Origin: Penicillus capitatus
Lineage: Eukaryota; Plantae; Chlorophyta
Assembly (NCBI GenBank): GCA_965649825.1
Contig: OZ287700.1
Coordinates: 1,054,001 to 1,118,000 of the forward strand
DNA length: 64,000 nt
Direction: 5' to 3'
Every line of letters starts with the position of its first letter. Within the stretch, counting starts at the first letter, position 1. The notes below the pieces were generated by a model. That model had not been told where the DNA came from. It did not search any database and saw nothing but the letters and a program-made list of their open reading frames with translations. This document shows positions 1-14,113 of the stretch, in pieces. The translations under genes were made by a program, and so were the position numbers.

Positions 1-1713
1 ATCCAGTAAAACGCCCTCTGAATTGAACACAAATTCTTCAGGGATCTGCAGCGAATGCTGTCGATGGAAAGACGTCTATGGACGGATCGACCTGTTGTGG
101 ACTCTCTTCTGGTTGATCTTCATCGTTATCCTCTGGCTCATCTTCCTTCTCTTCATCCTCCGGCTGTTCTGAACTTGGCGGCGGCGGCGGAGGCGGCGGA
201 GGCGGTGGCTGGTTCTCATCTTGTGGCGGCTGGTCGAGTAGAATGGCTCGAGGCAAGATGACCAATCGGACTGCCAGTTCTAAATCTTCCTTACTCACGG
301 TGTTTCGCGCCTCGAGTGCTGCAGCCGCCTTTGCCACCTGAAAGAAGCTCATTTGGATCCACGGATTGGATCAAAGCTCTGTCATAACACCCGAACAGCA
401 AAGATTTCTGAACGGTGTCCTTCGACGAATCCCCTGGCAGCTTCTTCCACCAAATACCCCACCTGGTCTTCTGTGATGCTCACTTCGTTCAAAATTTCAC
501 GGGCAATCAAAATCTGAACGACTGCCAGTATAGCAAAGAAGTGATAGCTGTTTGGTTGCTGGACCTGTGTTTTCGTGGCTTCGGTGACTTCTTTGGATTC
601 ATCGATGAGTTCTAGGGGACGGTTCTGAAACAACGTGGCCGTATCGACGGCTTCGATCCTCTGCTCCATCGTCAGATTGACATCGGCACTGATGGTAACG
701 GCAAATCTGTCCAGCAGATGCTCTCTCAATTTGCCTTCCTCTGGATTGTAAGTCGCAATCAGCAGCGGTCGACACCTGCAAACACCCTTTGCTTAGCACT
801 CGATCCGTCTACCATATCCTCCAATCTGACGGATGGGACACAGACAGTCCTTCTCGTTCGACTCTGTTCACACCGTCTGACAGAGTACTGAGCAAAAGAT
901 TGCAGATCCCATCGTCCAGGAGATTGATTTCGTCCACATAGAGGATCCCGCGATGTGCTTCGGCCAATAGCCCTGGCTGGAATACCGTTTTTCCTTGCTT
1001 CATAGACACACCTGCGATGGGACATGGTAAATGCACAGGCTCTCACTGACTTTGACCGATTCTTCGATATCGACGGTTCCTAGCAGGCGATCCTCTGTCA
1101 CGCCTAAGGGGACTTGGACAAAAGGGGCGTCCTTTATGATGGTCGGAATCTTCACTGTGTCTCTGTACTTCTCTCTAAGATCCTCCTGGTAATGGAAGCT
1201 GTGAAGAAGCTGGTGTCGGTGGAGAACGTACCTCCCATGAGCAAGGATCATTTGGATCGGCATTGCACCAACTGCCATTCACTATTTCAATCGGAGGCAG
1301 TAATGCATGTAGGCCTCGGGCCATGATCGATTTAGCCGTTCCCCTTCTTCCAGAGATCGAGATGCCGCCGAGACCGCGATCGACCGCCCCCAACAGCAAT
1401 GCCTGTTTTACCAGATTCTGTGCCACAACAGCAGCCAAGGGGAAAGCGCGTGACAAGTTGCCAGATCGATCTTCCGGTACATATCCGACCTCTTCCTCCT
1501 CCTCTGCTTCCGCCGCCATTTGAGCTACAGACAGAATCTCGAACAACGGCGATGCGGCGAATCCCGACCTCGTTTTCCAACATTCGAAATCGCAGAGGTC
1601 CGTTGACGTGATCGAATGCGTGTGGACAATGAAGGAGGCGCCCGAAGACAGAGCGACGTGCAACAAGGACTTCTGTGCTGGCCAATGAGACGACCGTATG
1701 AAACGCCTTGCAT
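1..1713 (-). CDS. CHLD: Magnesium chelatase subunit D, chloroplast (5' part; gene continues off the left edge)
   Basis: Spliced exons give [73 protein letters not shown] and the poly-Pro/acidic linker. A transit-peptide-like exon starts at the ATG at 1713 (MQGVSYGRL..), with a 44-nt intron; the start is inferred. Confidence 0.95.
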
Positions 1714-1791
1714 CTTGCACGGGGCAGATCTGGGATACGATGAAGGGTGATGACATCTTTGATGTGACGTTTCTGCCATCACTGTACCGTC

Positions 1792-3112
<1,321 letters not shown>

Positions 3113-3521
3113 ACAATTGGTGGCAGCTCAATGGTGTAACGAATGTCTATGTCAAGATAGCTTGGTGTTGTGAATCAAATCGACCTCGTTCGTCTGTGTG
3201 ATCGCGCACACATAGGATATGGTGCCGTTGTGATGAATGTAGCTCTTTAGCAAGAGGGCACAGAGTGTATCGGTCTGCCGTTGGAGTGCGTCCGTGTTGA
3301 GTATAAAATCTTGTTCCTTTCGTGTTCTTTTGTCAAATTTTCTGCGGCACTGCGCGAAGACGCGATAAACAAGCTCTGTGAGAAAGCCGACGTCGAGTCG
3401 TTCGTGGACGAAATTAGAATTGATGGTTTTGTGGTTTGCGGCGGTACGGATCAACGTCGAAATCGTAGATCCAAAGAATCGAGGACTGGCATCGCCGTCG
3501 ATAGTAGTCGTCGCTGTAAAA

Positions 3522-4572
3522 ATGCTGTCGCAGCGACAACTGAACTTCTTCGAGGAGCAAGGTGAGGAATACGGAAGCGATAGCACGCCATTCGTCCTTC
3601 TTTCAGGATATCTCGTCATCGAGGATTTTGTAAATGCGGATGAAGTGGCGTCTCTATATAAACGGGCACAAGAACTTCTTCAAAACTACGATCCCTCTGA
3701 GGCATCTCCGTTCTCGGCAACCACCCCCGTACCAGTCAGGACACCATGTCTCTTCGCTGACCATTCCTGTCGCAGAGCAAGATTAAGACAGACTATTTCT
3801 TGAAAACGGCCCACAGTGTTGGGTTCTTTGTGGAAGAGGACGCCGTGGCAGAAAACGGCCAACTGAACTGCGATAAATCTATGGCCATTTGCAAAATCGG
3901 ACACGGTAAGTGGCACGCTATCGTGTTCTTGGTAAGAAAAAGGAATCGCAGCCCTTCATGATCTGGATCGTGTTTTTCGAAACTTCTCTCGATCCACCAA
4001 GATGACCGAGATTTTCAAGAGCCTTGGTTATCGGAGACCCATCCCTGTTCAATCCATGTATGTCTGTAAGGTGAGTGGTGTTGCCGTGAGCTTGTATGAC
4101 GAGAGATCGAGAGGACGTTGTTTAGCATCCTCGTATTGGGGGCGTCGTGCTGCCACACCGAGAAAGCACATTTCTCTATACGGAGCCTCCTTCTGTGATT
4201 GGCGCTTGGTTGGCCATTGAAGAGGCGACGACTGAGAACGGGTGTCTCTATGTCTTACCCAAATCTCACAAGGGCACACTGCACATGCGTTATGGATGGA
4301 ACGCCGACGGAAAGCTGGACGTCTTGTGGGGCGAGAATCCTGAATGGGACATGAGTGTCTTCAAGGCTCTGCCAACAAACCCTGGAACCCTTGTGATGCT
4401 GCATGGAAGCGTTGTACATTGCAGCGGTGCAAATACATCGGACATATCTAGGCATGCTTACACGGTGCATTATGTCGAGAGCGCCTCTGGCTATGAGTGG
4501 TCGAAGGAGAACTGGCTGCAAAGGCCTGCTGGGTTCGATTTTGAACCCCTTTACACTTTGGAGACAGAATAG
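3522..4572 (+). CDS. PHYHD1: Phytanoyl-CoA dioxygenase domain protein (PHYHD1-like Fe/2OG oxygenase)
   Basis: FFEEQG|YLVIEDF, PHRESTFLYTEP, WLAIEEATTENGCL, HGSVVHCSGANTSDISRHAY, ENWLQ. Confidence 0.88.
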
Positions 4573-6478
4573 AGAGACTGGCAAATCGATGATGAACAGC
4601 AACGGAGGCTGAAATGTGTCGGCGTGTTTCGCGATCTGTTCCGCTACATGGATCTCTTTCTATCTGTTACAGAGGTCTGCGATATCGACTATGCGAGGAT
4701 GGCATTCCTACGGGAATCCTTCACCGCGCGGCGATCACGTGCTCGTGTGAAAGCACGAACTTGAAAAACTGGTGCCGCGAAATGGAGAGGCGTGATAGCT
4801 CAGGGAAGAATATGCCCAATTTATGGCAAAAACTAACATTTAGACAGGGAGGAGAGTAGCTGTATCAGAACTTTGCTATTTCCTCTATTTCCTGATCAAG
4901 TGATTGTTTCGATGACGGTACGTGATGTTCAGTCGGCGTTATTTTTTGTCGGTTATCTCTCTGCAGTGCATTCTGAAGTTAATCAAACAGGTCGCTGTGA
5001 TCGTAGACGTCGAATCGCGATAACAGCAGAAGGGAGAAGAGAACGAAGTCACGATAGAGTTAATCGTAAAAATCGTTTTGATCCGCTGCAGAGTCCCGAT
5101 CAGAGGCGAGCGAACAAGAGTAACCGAATTCACATATCGGTCGATCTCCGTCGCGATCGCTTTTTCCCGATGAATATCATCAAGATCACAGACTGTCGAT
5201 CGTCTGATGCACACTGAAATCAAAACGATCGAAGTCGACAGACAACATACGTCGAAGCAGTCGGAAAGTTTGGATTCTAGAAAAGTCGATCTCGAACGAG
5301 TTCTTAATCGAAAGCAATCGCCGTGTTAACGTCGAAGTTTTGTTTAGGTATTACAATGTCGTCGGTCCGATTGAAATCGTAGCATGGCAAAATGTAAACA
5401 ATCGCTAGTTCGATGTTTTCTACAAACTGATCGACTAGCAAAGTACTATGGGCGCATCACTGCGAATCGACGATAATCGAAATCATCTCATGGCGCGTGA
5501 TCGAACCCGACAGACGATGAAGAAACGAACGGGGCTCGATTGAGTCGAAGAATCTTTCTGTAAAAACGAGTCGATCGAAATCGAACAAATCGAGAGCAGA
5601 TCGAGAGCAGACATGTCGACAATGGCTTCCCAAATGCGTTCAGACACGCACTATCGAGATGTTTGCACATCACGCACATGAAAATGCAATCGATGCTGTC
5701 TGTCGAAGAAGAGCTGGCAAAGGATGGATCCTCCATAACTGTTCGATGATTTCCTCGGTGCATCGGTTGTGATGTCAAACGATGAGATAGTACAGGAATA
5801 GATTTGCCATTCAAGGATGCAATCTTCTCTCAACTCCGGAACTTTTTGCTCAGGAGAAGTCCTTTCGAGTAACTGGGTATTCAAGCCTGAATGTGAATCA
5901 CTAGATATCTATGAATCCTAGAGTATCTAGAGTACACAGTAAACAAGCAACACTAAGCTTTTGAGCTTTGCTCTAAGTACAGTGCATTGGCGTGGCATCA
6001 ATGCTTCCCACCTACGATGCACCTATGAGTAATTGCTCTCGCCAGCTGGAGGCCTTGAAAACAGAGCAAAGCCTTCACTAAAGTCTAGGATCAGTAAAAC
6101 AAAATGAGCTTTAGGCGCAAAGTAACAGAGATATGTTGCTTGATTCATAAGGCTACTCACAATGGACGATAATGCTTACAGAGCTGTCCTCCTCCAGTGA
6201 ACATCAACAGACGTGCAAGCACTTTATTTTGCATAGGACTTCCTGTGAGTGATTAAATTTATCGACGAGGATGCAATCCCTGTGAGAACATCAAACTTCA
6301 GCTCTGTAAGGTATGAGTAAGTGGATGGATGGATGGATAAGTAAGCAGAGTATGGTTTATTCCTTGACGCATCTTGAACAAACGGCAATCGACGTTTGCT
6401 CAATCCAACAAAAAAGGAAAGAGTTTCCTAAAAGACTCTATGCTCGATACTGCGCGTTTGATTGTGCCACAGTATTGC

Positions 6479-9145
6479 TCAACTAGAAGATGGACCAGTC
6501 GCATCCAGTTTTTGAAGGATGTGGTCTATGGCAGACTCCAATCTGTCTATTCTGTCCTCCATGCGACACCTCCAATTCTCCTCCTGAAGTTTGTCTTGTG
6601 TTGTTTCTTTGTCGACCTTCGAACAATGCGCTGTCAATTCCTCCATCTTCTTTTCCAGAAGTGCAATTGGCTCCATCTTTTTATCTAGGAGTGCAAGTGG
6701 CTCCTTCAAACTTCTCGAAATCTTGTGCACTTCAAACTTGACGGTTCTTTCTATGGCTACCAGTCTGCCCTGCCATTCATCTTCACGCGATTCTAGTCCA
6801 TTGACTTCGGGAACGAGAAAATGGAAGTAACCTCCCTCCAATGCATTCGCAATAACTTCACTTGTCGTCCTTCTACGTCGTCCTGGTTGAAGGCATCGAT
6901 ACCAACCCCAAAACAGAAAGCAGCAAAACCGTATAAGAGAGTAACTGCGTTGCCATCAAACATGACAGTAAGCTTTAGATTCCGATTATACTTCGATGAC
7001 TTACCGCGCACATCTGCCAGAACCATTCACAGACTGAACTCTGGCAACTATCCGGAGTCGCAGTTTTCGCAGTTCTCCTTTCTCCTTTGATCGAACTCTG
7101 TCGTAGATATCTTGCACAGTGGCGATCAGCACACTGATCAATACGATCGGTAAGATGTAGATGAATGAAGCAAACAGTAGAGTGGCCCAAACTGGAAGAT
7201 AATTGTATCAAGAACGAAACATCTGCACCGGCATATCAGATCTAACATCGAGAACACAGCAAGGGAGGTTAATGAGGACATACCTCCACTTCGAAGTTCC
7301 CAAGGGAGGCGTAGAGGAGGGTTTCAAGTGCATGCGGAAGAGTATCGAAGTTCTCTTCCTCAACGATCATAAACCCGCTCTTAAAGAGCGCCACAAATGC
7401 AGAAGAATACCCAACGATGAACAGCGTCATCAATGGCAGAAAACGCCAGGAGTCTGAGACAGCTGATTTTACCATCGAGACGAAGGTCCCGATTCGTTCA
7501 AACGGTTCCCACAAGAAAAACATCTAAGATGCACGAACAAACTCAGTGGGAGGCGGAATTGATTTGGTGAATACCGCGATCCATTGAAGGACGCAGATGA
7601 GGGATGTGAGAAAGACGTAGTACGCGCTGTAATGACCATACAGGAAAGTTAGCACAAAAAGCAGAAAGTCAATCGCCGAGATGCTGATCCTACACCCATC
7701 CATCTCGTAAACTCGCTCGACAAACGATTAGGCAAGTGATTGCTTACCTTTGAACAGACCGGAGGTAAAAAGTTCCAAGGGATCGTACAAGGGTGGAAAT
7801 AGTTATCATTAGATATGGTGAAAGAATATCGATCAACCATCCGTACTCATATGGAGAGTCAATCGCAAGGGAGAAGAGGGTAAAAGCTAAAGTTGCTACG
7901 CCATCCAGGATGATGAAGATTTTATAGACAGGACGATAAACTTGAAACCAATGGTCAACAAAATTCATCAGCGTCTCGGATTCGAACACTTCCACTGGCA
8001 AGCCCAGACTGTGGAGGTATTTACAGAGATGTTCTTCCCTACGGTTGACGAGGCAGAGTAACGGACGCAGGAAAAACGATAGCAATGCGTTGGGTTCTTA
8101 CCGAGGTACTGGAGAACCGATGCAGAAGACCTTCGCAATCACGGTCATTTGCGCATCCGAGATTCTGGTGATCGAGTGTGCTTCCTCTTCCCAGTGCTCG
8201 ATCCATAAACCCTTTCCCTGTTCGCCGTCCATCGCTGTCCAGTTGTCCGGTATTGTCTTTGTAATCATCGTTTTCGGTATCTTGCTTTTACTATCAAGAA
8301 AAACCTTCGGTACTTGAAATCTGGCGTACTCGATGGTAAACTTATCGTTCTTGAGGAGATCCGCCAGCATTTCGGGATATCTTTCGGCGATGGTGCGTAG
8401 GTGTTTCGCCAGGAGATCACTCGTCTCTTCGACAGAAGAGCACTTCTCAGTGAGCTTTTGCAGAATGAATCTGACACTCCCGTATGCATCGTTATCGATC
8501 GCCCACAACAGCAGATCTTCACCCTCTTTTAAGAATGTCACGGCAATTCCTTCGTTCTGTGCGTAATCAAGCAGCATATTTGCGCAGTCGTATTGACCTT
8601 TCTTGATGGCATCCCAGAAAAAAGGTTGTCCGTTTTCGTCAGTCGCGTCGAAGACATGGATTCCGTGCTCGGAGATGAGCCTGTCCGTCAAGCAGAACGA
8701 GCACTGACCGGCCGAAACGTGCAAGGGTGCTGCTGCTCACCATTTCACGTCTTCCGGTTCCCATTTCAACAGCGGTTCAAAAACGCGTCGTCGGAATTCG
8801 TTCGGTGAACCGCCGCTCTCTTGTCCTAGAACATCGCGTCGTCGTTCATTCTTCGGTCGAGAGATAAAGAAGATATAAATGGTTCTTACACACCTGCGGT
8901 CGCAGCTTGTCGCGTTGTTCGCTGCGGCCTCATCTCCCGTCTCGGGTCGCCCATTTGCTGCTACAGAGGAAACAGGTGCCGTTCGTCGTTTTCCTCGTTC
9001 GGAGCGTTTTCAGCGATTCTTGACAATACTGTACCTCATGATAAAGCGGTAACGCGAAAGGAAGCTCGGAAAGTGCGTAAATGTGGTGGTAATGTGTCCT
9101 CAGACGGACGATCGCCTTTTTGAAACAGATCACGCTCTCTGTCAT
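6479..9145 (-). CDS. Ankyrin-repeat TRP-like cation channel with C-terminal coiled coil
   Basis: Ankyrin-like DENGQPFFWDAIKKGQYDCANMLLD; S5-pore FLPLMTLFIVGYSSAFVALF..ETLLYASLGNFE; S6-like LPIVLISVLIATVQDIYDRV; coiled-coil tail. The start exon is uncertain. Confidence 0.72.
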
Positions 9146-10075
9146 GCACCGGCATCATTTCTATTTGATGCAGCATAAAGTCCATCAAACAAAATGTATC
9201 TTAAGATGGATAGAGCACAGGTAAAAAGATAAGACCTGTGACTCCATGCCACGTGTTAGTCGATTTTGGTCGCTTATCGGAATACCTAGAACATCTCGCA
9301 GCTCAAAATTCAACAGACACAGATGAAGAATCAGAATCCTCGCATATATGTCTAAGAAGAATCACCCAATGTCGCTGAGCTCAACAAACGCAGCCGATTT
9401 TCCTCCATATCCGCTAAGCCCTAGATGTCCACCTTTGGAAAGAACTAAGTTCTCATCTAGAGCTGTGTTTTCTGGCATGACTAGATCCAACCGTATTCCA
9501 GAATCTGTCAAGAGACACTCTTTGTAACAGAAGTCCCAAAATGCCGCATCCTGGGATCATATCAGCAAGTGATTGTATCGTCTTTCAAATCACGCCATCG
9601 ATCCTACGAACAGAAATGGACTCCTACATAGTCATGGTCAATAGTTCAGCTCCTCCTGTAGCACAAGAGAATTTCACAGTTTTGAATTTAAATGGATGCA
9701 CGCGTTCGCGGCTTACTAATGTCACGCTTTATCGAAACCGTTCACCAAACACACGAGGAATTTTGGTGTCTCCGAACCTCCATTGCTCTGTACCACCAAA
9801 CAACACCTTTTAACGACGCAAAGGAGAAAACGCAACGTTTGTCATGAGGACTGCTGGACACTGCCAGGAAGAACAAGATTCATACAGCGTTTAACGATAA
9901 CCGCAGAACTAACTTCCGCGACCGTTATATCAAATAAAAGTTACGTTATTCTACGCGTTGTGAGCTTATTTCGTGTGTAATCTGTTCGACGAAAAACTTT
10001 CGCTCGTTTGCGCCGAATCGTTCTCGCATTCGTCGTTCATATATTTATCATAGACACGACTACAGTGGCCGAATC

Positions 10076-13000
10076 ATGATACAAAGACTGTTTCGTCGCT
10101 TCAGAAAAAGCAAAGGAACTGCTGTGCCAACGAATACAGAGACTAATACAGCGATAAACAGTAAAACAGCGACAAAACACGCAGAACAGAATGCGACGCT
10201 GTGTCACTGTTGTAGACTCGGTGAGCGCAACGGACAGAGCGACGACGAAGGCGGAACAACCGTCGCAATGGCAAGGAACATACACAGTGATCCAAAGGCT
10301 CTCTAAAATACGCACTCCGACGCGGTGTTCTTCGTTGGCAGTGGCGCGTAGAGAACTTTTCGCGAATCGAAGCACGAAAAAGCTGTTCACCTGAATTCGA
10401 CATTGATACATACACCTGGTAGGTCTGTCATTCCGTTGTCACAAATGCTTTAAAGGGATGCGCGTAGGCGATTGATACTCTTTCCGAGAGGTAATGAAAG
10501 TGTGACCAAGGGGGAGTTCGTGGCTGCCTATCTGGACTTCCCGGAAGCATGCTTCACTCCACGCCAGCTCTGTCCAAAAGCATATTTCGAACTAGTCGCC
10601 GTCAATCACGAACAAGAATCGATGTCCTTGAGACGCAGTTTGGGATTTCTCTCATTGCGAGTTCTCACTCTTCCGTGTCTAGGGGGGAGTCATTGGTTTA
10701 CGAACGAGGCAAGGGATTGGGGTTTCGCTCAATTTCTGCCTCTTGAAGACACGCAGCATGCGACAACCGGTTTTGTAGTCAATGACACGCTTACGTTGAC
10801 GGTCAACATCACAATGCAGAGAGAAACGCATCTGGACAAACTGACGCGCAGCCAGACTGGATTTGTTGGTTTGAAAGACGAGGAAGACAACAGCTACATG
10901 AACTCACTCCTTCAGTGTCTCTATCACATTCGCCGCTTCAGAAGAGTGAGAATTTGGTAACTTGTTGTGATGGACAGGCAACAATGAACGATTTAGGCTG
11001 TTTATCGCACACCGACGCTGGAGACGGTTAAACCAGAAAGATCCGTTCCGTTGGCACTCCAGAAGCTCTTCTACAGGGTGAATCAAGAAACGCAAGATCG
11101 CTCTGCTGAAGGCAACTCTGTCGCTGTTGTTGTTTAGCTTCAATACCAAAACTCGGTTGTCAGCACAAAAGACGTGATAAAATACTTAAAATGGAGAACG
11201 AAGAATGCTCTCTTCTGGTGGCACATCGAAGAAATGCAAGTGACATTGTGCGAAGACCTAGAGCAGAAGATGAAGGTCACACTCACTCTACGCTCAGTCG
11301 CACCAACATACTGTTCTTTTCAGGACACGGAGGTGGAGACTGCCATAGCTGATCTCTTCGTCGGGCACTACTCGGCCTACGTGAAGTGTCGTTACGTTCC
11401 ATACACCTCATCACACAGAGAGCCGTACATGGGAATCGAGTTGAATGTGTCGGGATGCAGGAACGTCTACGAATCCCTGAAGAGATCCTGTGCAGAGGAG
11501 ATGCTAGAAGGAGCACACAAGTACTATACAGACAAATACGGAGCCCAGGTCAGATCTCACTCTTTGAATCGCCGCGCCTCGATCGAATGACCAAGGTCTT
11601 CCCTGTCAGGATGCCCGATGCCGTGTACGGTTTGAAAGCTTTCCTCCTGTTCTGCAATTGCATCTAAAGCGATTTGAATACAACTCTTTTTGCGATCCCA
11701 TTAAAGTATGTGACACTTTGGTTTTGTTTTCCGAAATTGTGACGGATCTGTGGCTCTTCGCGTAGATTAACGGTCGTTACGAGTTCTACGACGAACTAAA
11801 CCTCGACTGCAATAATCGCACTTTGTTTTCCAAAACCACTGACAAGACAGTTGTCAACAAGTATCGACTGCACAGTGTGCTAGTGTGCAGTAAACGGCCA
11901 CATGGGTGGCATTACTCCGTCTTCATCAAGTTGAACGACAAATGGTACGAGTTCCACGATGGAGTCGTCGAGGAAGTGACCGAGAGACAAGCAATCACTG
12001 AGCAATTCGGTCAAAGCACGTTCTTCCGTTAAAATTTGTGAGTGGCATGATGCGACAGCACAGGTGACGAAGACAATCCGGTCGAGTCGGATCTAGTGGC
12101 AGGCCTCGAGGGTTCAACGCAGTCCGTTGCCTGTATGCTGATGTACATTCGGACATCAGATTGGGATTGGGTCATGTGCGAGACTGACAAAGACGATATC
12201 GCAGAGCCCGTCCGCAGAATGCTCGAAGTACCACTGGTCGTAGTGATGCTTGTCCCATAAAATAAGATACTGTCAGGTACAACAGATGAGGAAAGAGAGA
12301 CGACAGGAAGCGAAAAAAGAGGGGCATCTGTATGTGGTGATTAAGGTGGCTGGCGAAAGGCACTTCGCTGAACAATTGGGAGAGAGTTGCTACTTTGATT
12401 TGGTGGATTTTGACGGCGTTCAGAACTACAGAGTTCATAAGAAGACGCCGTTCGAAGATTTCAAAGAGATGATCAGCCGAGACTTTGGCATTGCCAAACA
12501 TCTCCAGCGCTTCTGGTCATGGACCCTTCGTCAGAACGGGACCACGAGAATTGAAAAGCCTTTAGAGGCAGTGTCCGGCAAGATCAAAACTGTCCTGGAT
12601 CTCGCAGCCTTCAGAGAGAGGCATCTCCCACCGGCCTCCGAGAAGACCGCCTTGATGACAGTTAAACTCTTTTTGGAAACGCCGGACGTCGGCAATGTGC
12701 TGCATTCGTTGCGGCAGACAGAGATTCTCATCTTCATTAAGCATTATGATTCAAGACTCAGAAGGCTCTCGTACGTCGGACATCTCTATGTTGAGCAGTC
12801 AATGCAGATTCGAAAAATCTTGAAGAAGGCGAAGAGATTAGCAGGCATTCCACAGAACGCAGATATTATAGGATTCGAAGAACTGAAGTTTTCTCCCCAA
12901 GTCACCTGTCCACATTTGCAACCTGATCACACGGCAGCAATGGTGAGATGTTTATCATGTTCTACTGGATCGCACTCTTCTTCCATCACAGTGTCAACTC

Positions 13001-14113
13001 ATTCGAGGTGACATTATCACTATCCAGGAACGCGTCAACGAGGCCGAGGTGATCGAGCAGGCCTTTCCCCATCCAACCGTTGAGTCCTTTCTGAAGTTCA
13101 TTCGGAACCACAGAGAGGTGTATTTCAAACCGCTTGAGAATCGAAAGGTTCTCTTTGTCTCACATCTGGCACATCATGTCACAGTGTCTATAGGACGATG
13201 ATTTAAAATTGGAACTGCTGGAAACAATGAAATACGATCAGGTGACGACCGAACTGGCCAATCATCTGAAAGTGGAAGATCCCAAAAAGATTCGTCTGAC
13301 ACGACACAATATTGATCTTGATGTGCCACACAGAAATCCCATAAAATACAATGGCATCAACCGTTTACAAGCCATGCTATTGGACTCCAACCGGTACACG
13401 AATATCCTCTACTATGAGGTACTGGACATGCAGCTCCCTTCTCTGGAAAGGATGAAATGTGTGAGTATATGCTTTCACAACCAGAAATCTGAACTGCAGT
13501 CTATGCACATGTTCCGACTACCACAAGAGAAAACAAACGGTGACCTCATTGAGCAGTTGAAGCAAGAGCTTGGCGATGATTACGCCAATTCTGACTTCCG
13601 ATTCATGCGGATTCGGTACTCCAGGATCTACAAAGTAACGTGTTACATCAATTCATACGACACGGATCGTTCTGCGGTCAGGTGCTGGAGCACGAGACAC
13701 CGCTCAAATCGCTGCATGAGAATGACTGGACCCTTCGAGCAGAAGTTATACCAGAAGATCAACGGTACCTGAAATCGAACGAGTATATGGTGCATTGTTG
13801 TCATTGCGATACCAGCGGCATCAGGCCGACGTTCTTCGGAGATCCTTTGTGGATACGTGTGAAGAAAAGAGAAAAGCTGAGAGATATCAAGAAACGCATT
13901 CAGGCAACACTAGAGATTCCAGACGGGGACTTTATGCAATGGAGATTTGGATATCATCGAAGACAGGGACAGTCTCTGGAGTACCTGAGGGACAACGATA
14001 AAGTCGTTGCCAAGTTTTCGACTAATCCTCTCGTATCGACGAATGAAAAGTACCTTGGAGACAACCAGTCTTTCATTGCTTTGGAACATGAAAACACTAA
14101 GCCAAAACCATGA
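10076..14113 (+). CDS. USP7/UBP12-13-like protein (MATH + USP + UBL repeats) with a degenerate catalytic triad
   Basis: MATH: WQWRVENFSR..TYTW..LILFPRGN..DWGFAQF. Cys box: GFVGLKDEEDNSYMNSLLQ. His box: YRLHSVLV..GWHY..WYEFHD. C-terminal RFWSW..RQNGTTR and ILIFIKHYD motifs. Confidence 0.9.

Noticed and set aside
9380-9620. About 60 open codons on the minus strand upstream of the TRP gene
   Set aside because: Could be a further 5' exon or a gene relic, but there is no convincing splice link or homology.
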